Part shown: positions 9,503 through 15,247 of the stretch, one piece after another
Numbering within the stretch: position 1 is the stretch's first letter
Layout: each line of letters opens with the position of its first letter
DNA from: an uncultured delta proteobacterium
GTDB taxonomy: Bacteria; Desulfobacterota; Binatia; UBA9968
Direction of reading: 5' to 3'
Assembly (NCBI GenBank): GCA_963755715.1
Contig: CAVWLW010000049.1
Location: 1-18,593 of the forward strand
DNA: 18,593 nt
Notes under the pieces: model-generated
Told to the model about the DNA's origin: nothing
Seen by the model: only the letters and a program-made list of their open reading frames with translations
Databases searched by the model: none
Translations under genes and position numbers: made by a program

Positions 9503-10529
9503 ATGACCAAGCAGTGGGTCACCGTCATCGTCGTCATCGCGAGTCTTTGCGTTGCACGCGTTCGGATTTACTGCTTCGGATGACAATTTCTATAAGGGCA
9601 AGACGATCCGCTTGATCGTCGCGTTTTCAGCGGGCGGAGGCTACGACGCCTATTCGCGCACGATCGGCCGCCATTTGAGCAAATACATTCCCGGCAATCC
9701 GGCAATCGTCGTTGAAAACATGACCGGCGCCGGCGGCATCATCCACGCGAATTTCATGTATCAGGCAAAACCGGACGGGCTGATTATCGGCAACAACGCC
9801 GGCGGATTGATCCTGCAACAGATCATGGGCGCGAAGGGCATCGAGTTCGACGGCAAAAAGTTCGAGTTTCTCGGCGCTCCCGGATCGGATCACCACGTTT
9901 GCACGCTCAGCAAAGCGAGCGGCGTCACTTCGATGGAAAAATGGTTTGCGGCAAAAGAGCCGGTCAAGTTCGGCGGCGTCGGCCCCGGCGGCGGCGCGTC
10001 CGACAACGCCAGAGTGCTGCAAGCCGCGCTCGGTCTGCCGATCAAAGTTATCGATGGTTACAAGGGCACCGCGGACATTCGCCTCGCGGCGGAAAGCGGC
10101 GAGCTTGCCGGCGCTTGCTTTGCCTGGGAGTCGTTTAAAACTACCTGGCGAAAGGGGCTCGAGTCAGGCGACTTCAATGTGATCGTGCAGGCGATGCCGA
10201 AGAAACATCCGGAGCTGCCCAACGTGCCGCTGGCCGGCGATTATGCGAAGACGGACGAAGGACGGCGGCTTCTCAAGCACGGCATTTACGATACTGCGAT
10301 CATTACGCGCCCCTATTTTGTCGCTCCCGGCACACCAAAGCCGCGCGTTCAATTGTTGCGCAAGGCTTTCGCCGACGTACTGAAAGATCCTGAACTCCTC
10401 TCGGAAGCAAAGAAGGCGAGCCTCGATATCCAATACGTTTCGGGAGAAGAGACCGATGCCGTCGTTCAGGGCCTGTTCAAAATCGAGCCGGCGTTTATTG
10501 CGAAAATGAAGCAGGTGTTAGTGCCATAG
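9503..10529 (+). CDS. Tripartite tricarboxylate transporter substrate-binding protein (TctC/Bug family); +1 frameshift in the signal peptide near 9548
   Basis: AGGAGG RBS then ATG 9503 (MTKQWVTVIVVIASL). The main frame from 9552 reads FYKGKTIRLIVAFSAGGGYDAYSR...IVVENMTGAGG...KPDGL...GYKGTADIRLAAESGE...APGTPKPRVQLLRKAF. Confidence 0.9.
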
Positions 10530-10707
10530 CAGCGAATATTTTTTCGAATTTCCCTAGATCAATGCTAATCGTGCCATTGGCGATGCTTGAACAGCAAGCC
10601 GGCGCGCCGTGCGCGCTTTAGTAATCCGCCGGCGTCAAAATTTCGCAAGGTGCAATCAAGCTGTTTTAGCCTGCGCCATCCGATGCACTACGGTCAGGTC
10701 GTGGCGA

Positions 10708-10753
10708 AAGCTGCTGACCTTTCTGACGAATTGTAACGAGGCCGCGCGAATCT
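10708..10753 (-). pseudogene. 46-bp remnant of a DUF2277 gene (dispersed repeat of 13419-13464)
   Basis: aagctgctgacctttctgacgaattgtaacgaggccgcgcgaatct versus aagccgctgacctttctgacgaattgtaaagaagccgcacgaatct: 42/46 identical. It reads IRAASLQFVRKVSSF versus IRAASLQFVRKVSGF. Confidence 0.8.
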
Positions 10754-10758
10754 GAAAG

Positions 10759-11374
10759 CTAGCGGTTCATGGGTTCGAGTGCCGGATGGCGGAAGATTTT
10801 GATCCCGGCTTTTTTCTCGATGTAGCGCCCGAAGCGAAATTTCGATTCAACATCATCAATAGGCACGCCGCCTGGTTTCTCACGCAAGCGGCTCGACTTC
10901 GAGGACCGTAAAGGTGTGGCCGGGCTCCAATACGATTTTTTCGAACTGGCTATGCAGCCCTTCGAGAGAGTCGATCTCAAAAACGCGTTCAATGCCCACG
11001 GCCCTCGCGATCGCCGCGTAGTCGTTGCGCTTCGCATTGGCGAGACGAGCGGCGCCGGTGGCGTTGTAGACGCGGTTGGAAACCAGAAAATGCTTCAAGT
11101 TGGGCAGATTGAGATCGCGTTCGACCATCAGCATGCCCGGATTCATCACGAAAGCTCCGTCGCCCATAAACACCCACACGGGCAGCTTCGGTGCGCCCAT
11201 GGCGATGCCGGCGCCGAACATCGAAATCATGCTCATGGAGGCGCCCAGGTAAAAAACTTGGTCCATATCGTGGGTAGTTCTCCACCACGTGCCGGAGGTG
11301 ACGCCCGCGGAAGTGATCACCACACCGTCTCCTTGGCGGCCGGCGAAATATTTGAAACAATCTCTTAGATCCAC
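10759..11374 (-). CDS. ThDP-dependent decarboxylase beta subunit (sulfopyruvate decarboxylase ComE / phosphonopyruvate decarboxylase C-half-like); +1 frameshift near 10888
   Basis: GGAG RBS and GTG start. FYLGASMS...GAGIAMG, ThDP motif MGDGAFVMNPG...LVSNRVYNATG. The C-terminus continues after the shift as REKPGGVPIDDVESKFRFGRYIEKK...PMNR* (end of track ORF 10759..11037). Confidence 0.85.
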
Positions 11375-11382
11375 GTTGTCTC

Positions 11383-11898
11383 CTAGGCCTCGCCGAGCAA
11401 GACGGCTTCGCTAAATATGACCACCTCGGGACGGTTCATCGCCTGGCAGTGCTTGAAGGCGGCCGGGATGCGCTCGATGGTCTTTCGCTCTTCCACAAGC
11501 AAAAACGGCAGGCTGATCGAATCCAAGAGCTTGGTGAGGTAGAGACCGTTCGAGATGTGATGCGGCCGGGGATCGCCGATCACGCCGCGCAGGGTGGCGA
11601 AGATAAAAAGCGGAATGTGGTAGCTGTAGTTGATTTTGGTGATCGCGTAGATGCAGGTCGTCAAGCCGGAGGCCCCCATGAGAGCCAGAGAGGGAATGCC
11701 GCCGAAGAAGGCGCCGGAACAGAGGCCGATCGCCGACTCCTCGCGGTTCACCGGTACGTGCTTAAAACGATCGTCCTTGTCGACGGCATCGATCAGCGGA
11801 GCGATCCAGTCGTCGGGCAGGCTCGCCACGAGCTTGATCCCGCTCTGAACGAGCTGTTCGACGATCAACGAAGTCGCTTCTTTTTGCTTATCGCTCAT
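11383..11898 (-). CDS. ThDP-dependent decarboxylase alpha subunit (sulfopyruvate decarboxylase ComD-like, PYR domain)
   Basis: GIKLVASLPD, VPVNREESAIGLCSGAFFGG (catalytic Glu), LMGASGL, YHIPLFIFATLRG. Ends 8 bp before the beta subunit. Start is ATG 11898 or TTG 11925. Confidence 0.85.
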   Translation of the reverse strand: MSDKQKEATSLIVEQLVQSGIKLVASLPDDWIAPLIDAVDKDDRFKHVPVNREESAIGLCSGAFFGGIPSLALMGASGLTTCIYAITKINYSYHIPLFIFATLRGVIGDPRPHHISNGLYLTKLLDSISLPFLLVEERKTIERIPAAFKHCQAMNRPEVVIFSEAVLLGEA

Positions 11899-11939
11899 AA
11901 TCGGCGTCACAAGCTGCGAGTCCAAGCGCTATCATCGCG

Positions 11940-11955
11940 TTGACTAAACTGTCAA
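11940..11955. promoter_or_regulatory. Inverted repeat TTGAC-N6-GTCAA overlapping a probable -35 box (TTGACA, minus) of the comDE-like operon
   Basis: Plus-strand sequence ttgactaaactgtcaa. The minus strand reads TTGACAgtttagtcaacgcgaTGaTAGCGCT. Confidence 0.4.
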
Positions 11956-12013
11956 GCAGTCGATTGAGTTTTTGCTCGATCCAAAATCGCCGTCAAAAAG
12001 TTCTTCCGATTCT

Positions 12014-12946
12014 CTAGCGGGGCAATTCTCGACGCGCTTCTTCCAGCAGGGAAAAATCGGTCAGGTCCGCTGGCGAAAAAGTTTTGCTCGGTGCCGTGCC
12101 GCGCTTTGTGATCAGATCGATGGACGCCTTGAGCCCTTCCATCGATATCATGCCGTCATAGGAATAGTTCGGCAGCATCACATCGTAGGAACGCTCTGCG
12201 AGTTCCCGATCGATCGACAGCCATGCCATGGCTACGCGTACGGCTTCTTCACGATTCTCGCGCAGAAATCTCAGGCTCTTCAAAACTGTCCGGAGTACTT
12301 TCTTTACTTGCTCCGGTTTCTCTTTGATCTTTCGCTCCAGAGTGACTATTCCGATGGCAGGGAGAGGTACGGCGTCCTTGGACGAGCCCAGGCTCTTGAA
12401 GCCGGCCCGCTCGGCGACAAAACAATGCGGCGCGGTTAGAACGGTGGCATCGATGACGCCCAGGCGCAGTTGATCCATCCTGAGCCCCGCGTCTCCCACC
12501 GAGATGATGTTCACATCTTTCTGCGGATCGAGGCCCGCGCCGCGCAGAATGACCAGCATTCTCTGATGCGAGGCACCGCCAAAGCCGCTTACGGCGAGCT
12601 TCTTGCCCTTGAGATCACGGATCGAACCGATCTCAGGTCTTGCCATCAGAAAATCGGGATTGTTTCGAGTAACGCCAGCCACGATCTTTGCCTGTGCCCC
12701 TCCGACGATTCCGCCGATGCTGCTGGTGATGGAGGTGATGTAATCAACGCTCCCGCTAACCAGCGCTGCCACCAAGATGTTGGATCGGGCGCGGACGAAT
12801 TTAGCTTCTAAACCCTCGACCGCAAAGAAGCCTTTGTTCACGGCCAGATAATTCGGCAGCTCCGTCAAGGCGGGACTGGGATAGCCTATGATAATCGGGT
12901 CTGGCGAAGGCTGAGCACAAAAAGCGGAAGAGACCGAAAAGGCCAT
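12014..12946 (-). CDS. ABC transporter substrate-binding protein, NitT/TauT family; true start probably further upstream
   Basis: LPNYLAVNKGFFAVEGLE, ALVSGSVD, IGSIRDLKGKKLAVSGFGG, GLDPQKDVNIISVG. The frame stays open upstream (IIILYRKSCVLLLTLLG-MAFSVSSAFCA), which completes a signal peptide. Confidence 0.88.
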   Translation of the reverse strand: MAFSVSSAFCAQPSPDPIIIGYPSPALTELPNYLAVNKGFFAVEGLEAKFVRARSNILVAALVSGSVDYITSITSSIGGIVGGAQAKIVAGVTRNNPDFLMARPEIGSIRDLKGKKLAVSGFGGASHQRMLVILRGAGLDPQKDVNIISVGDAGLRMDQLRLGVIDATVLTAPHCFVAERAGFKSLGSSKDAVPLPAIGIVTLERKIKEKPEQVKKVLRTVLKSLRFLRENREEAVRVAMAWLSIDRELAERSYDVMLPNYSYDGMISMEGLKASIDLITKRGTAPSKTFSPADLTDFSLLEEARRELPR

Positions 12947-13249
12947 CCCAAGTAACGTGAGGAGTAGAACGCATGATTTGCGATATAAAATAATAATGAG
13001 TTTGTCTTCCCTATGAATCGTTGCGGTTGAACAAAGCTAGACAAGAGTATTCCAAACCGGCGCACTCCGTCAATTATATTTGCTATAAACTTCGGTCAGT
13101 TAATCGTGACGGATAAAGTGGGAGAATTTGATTCGATCGCGCCCTGCATTACGGCGGGTTTCTTGCGCGACAAATTGAAATTGTGTCAAGTCTTTTGTTG
13201 GCAGTTATGTTACTTCACTAATCGGTCGTCGCAGGAATTGATCACCTAT

Positions 13250-13519
13250 TTATTTAGGAAACCTCTGCGCTGCGCGTGCGCGCGCCTTGGCGATCTCTTC
13301 GGTGCGGTTACGCGGTGGTGCGTTCGTTTCGAGCGAGCTGAGAAAGGTACTGGAGATTGCTGCTATCTCGTCAACCGCGGCAAGGAATGCAGCTTCGTTG
13401 GCTTTCGATGGCTTGTTGAAGCCGCTGACCTTTCTGACGAATTGTAAAGAAGCCGCACGAATCTCTTCGTCCGTCACCGGCGGTTCAAAATTAAAAAGAG
13501 TTCTGATGTTTCTACACAC
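13250..13519 (-). CDS. DUF2277 family protein
   Basis: GAGG RBS and GTG start. MCRNIRTLFNFEPPVTDEEIRAASLQFVRKVSGFNKPSKANEAAF is the characteristic DUF2277 N-terminus. Confidence 0.88.
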   Translation of the reverse strand: MCRNIRTLFNFEPPVTDEEIRAASLQFVRKVSGFNKPSKANEAAFLAAVDEIAAISSTFLSSLETNAPPRNRTEEIAKARARAAQRFPK

Positions 13520-13752
13520 GATCGTTACCTCGATGTTTCAGAGCGGCAACACAAAGACCATTCTGGAGTTCAGGCAAAGGTTTGTCTGGTTGTTTGCTAT
13601 ATAATAAAAAACGTCAGCCGAGAAGGCGGTAAGCGGGCCGTTATTTTAAGCGCTAATCAATCAGGGTAGAATTCCTTCAAGCGGTTTTACCTCGTGAGCC
13701 GTGGCAAAAGGCTCATCCGTCCGGATCTCTTCGCGCGCGCGCCGCACAAGCG

Positions 13753-13781
13753 TTGACAAGGTAATTTTTGTGAGCAAGAAT
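13753..13781 (+). promoter_or_regulatory. Possible sigma-70 promoter of pal
   Basis: TTGACA-N17-AAGAAT followed by an AGGAGG RBS and ATG 13812. Confidence 0.45.
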
Positions 13782-13811
13782 TCTTAAAAGAAAAGAAGGA
13801 GGACTCAAGAG

Positions 13812-14378
13812 ATGATTAACTATCGAGGCGTTGTCTTTTGTTTCGTTCTTTCGGCGTTTGTAGCTCTCGCCGGATGTTCCTCTAAAACCGCTCAGCCTGA
13901 CGTGCCGTCAACCGCGTCAGCAAGCCCGCCGGCCGAGACCCCAAAGCAACCCGCTGCGCCCTCCAGCTCAACAACTGCGTCGAGCTTGGATGCTCTGAAG
14001 CGCGGCGATTCGACGGCAACTCCCGCGTCCAGCCCCTTGCAGGAAGTCTACTTTGATTTCGACAGCTACGATCTCCGCGCTGATGCCCGCGATGTTTTAA
14101 AGACAAACGGGCAATGGTTAAAAGCCAATGCCGCGGCGCAAATCCAGATCGAGGGACACTGCGACGAACGCGGAACCGGCGAGTACAACTTGGCGCTTGG
14201 CTCGAAGCGAGCGCAGAGCGTAAAAGACTACCTGGTCACGCTGGGCACCGATGCCGGTCGGCTTTCGACGATCAGTTACGGCTCGGAGCTTCCGGTTTGC
14301 AAAGAACATAGCGAGGACTGCTGGCAAAAAAACCGGCGGGTCAAATTCGTGATACAGCCTGCGAAGCCGACGGCTTAG
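13812..14378 (+). CDS. pal: Peptidoglycan-associated lipoprotein (OmpA C-terminal domain)
   Basis: Lipobox LAGC and an S/P/T/A-rich linker. VYFDFDSYDL, IQIEGHCDERGTGEYNLALGSKRA, LSTISYGSELP, WQKNRR. Confidence 0.92.
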   Translation: MINYRGVVFCFVLSAFVALAGCSSKTAQPDVPSTASASPPAETPKQPAAPSSSTTASSLDALKRGDSTATPASSPLQEVYFDFDSYDLRADARDVLKTNGQWLKANAAAQIQIEGHCDERGTGEYNLALGSKRAQSVKDYLVTLGTDAGRLSTISYGSELPVCKEHSEDCWQKNRRVKFVIQPAKPTA

Positions 14379-14919
14379 CGTCCCGCGCGTCCAGGCATCG
14401 AGATCGGAAGTATCGCGACCGCAACGGAGCAGCGAAGACATTGCTCCGTTGCAGTCTTACGCGAACACTGTAATCGCGGTTTTGCAATCGAAGAGTTTGA
14501 GTTCGTCATCAGGCTCAACCGCGAAGCAGATCGGCCTCACGAGCCCACACAACCGAAGTGTATTCGCGGTCACCCCGAATACCTCAGCGAAACTCATCCG
14601 CACCTCGCACCTCCCAAGACCAATATTTCCCCACCGTGCGCGCCGCGACCGGGAGAACCTCGTTCACCTCGCGTACGCCGCTCAGAAGCCGGACTTAGAG
14701 ATGCGCGACTCGGCGCGTTCAAGCACGGAATCAAGCCGAACGGCCAAACGCTTTCGAGCTGATTCGACTAGGATGAGCCTTAAAAGGCGATCCAATTTGG
14801 ATCCGTCCACGAGAAACACCGCCTCATCGAGGATCCGTTCCCTCGCCATTTATAATAATAGACCACATGACTGTTTCTGTTTTTGTTGCAGGGAAAATCA
14901 TCCTTGTTGTACATGAAAC

Positions 14920-14937
14920 TGTCTATTATTTTCTACA
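14920..14937. promoter_or_regulatory. Putative bacterial enhancer-binding-protein site (TGT-N12-ACA)
   Basis: tgtctattattttctaca with an AT-rich core, about 117 bp upstream of the -24 GG of the sigma-54 promoter. This is a typical UAS distance. Confidence 0.45.
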
Positions 14938-15000
14938 CACCTCTCGCGCCCCTACCTTTCTGGTTCGCACAAAAGTAAATTGTTGCCTGGCACTACCTAC

Positions 15001-15046
15001 TTCTGACATCTTCTGTATATTCTGACTTTTCTTGGTACTTTCTGAC
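15001..15046 (+). repeat. Helically phased TTCTG(AC) direct repeats
   Basis: TTCTGAC at 15001, TTCTGTA at 15011, TTCTGAC at 15020, TTCTTGG at 15029, TTCTGAC at 15040 (spacing 10, 9, 9, 11). Confidence 0.65.
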
Positions 15047-15051
15047 CATTA

Positions 15052-15068
15052 TTGGCACACAGATTGCG
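15052..15068 (+). promoter_or_regulatory. Sigma-54 (RpoN) -24/-12 promoter
   Basis: TTGGCACACAGATTGCG is TGGCAC-N5-TTGC with exact GG-N10-GC spacing, 180 bp upstream of the surface-protein ATG. Confidence 0.78.
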
Positions 15069-15247
15069 GCTAGCGCGAGAGACCAAGACATCTAGACGCC
15101 ACCCCCCAGCATCCACGACTAATTAGCGGGGCACAGGCTACATAGGCGTTTTGGCTTGACTCCAATCGAAAGCCGTTTTTCGCAAAGATCGTAGGGTTCC
15201 AGGGCTGTAGCGCAGATTGCCTCGCTTGCGCCCAGGGGGAGACTTGC

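Noticed and set aside
13696-13716. Hairpin TGAGCC-N9-GGCTCA between DUF2277 and pal
   Set aside because: A short 6-bp stem with no U-tract. Not enough to call a terminator or ncRNA.
14380-14916. 155-aa plus ORF 14449..14916 and short minus frames (MARERILDEAVFLVD..., MSFAEVFGVTAN...)
   Set aside because: No RBS or recognisable domain. The minus frame is interrupted by two TGA stops and cannot be supported as a gene, although a small or decayed gene is not excluded.
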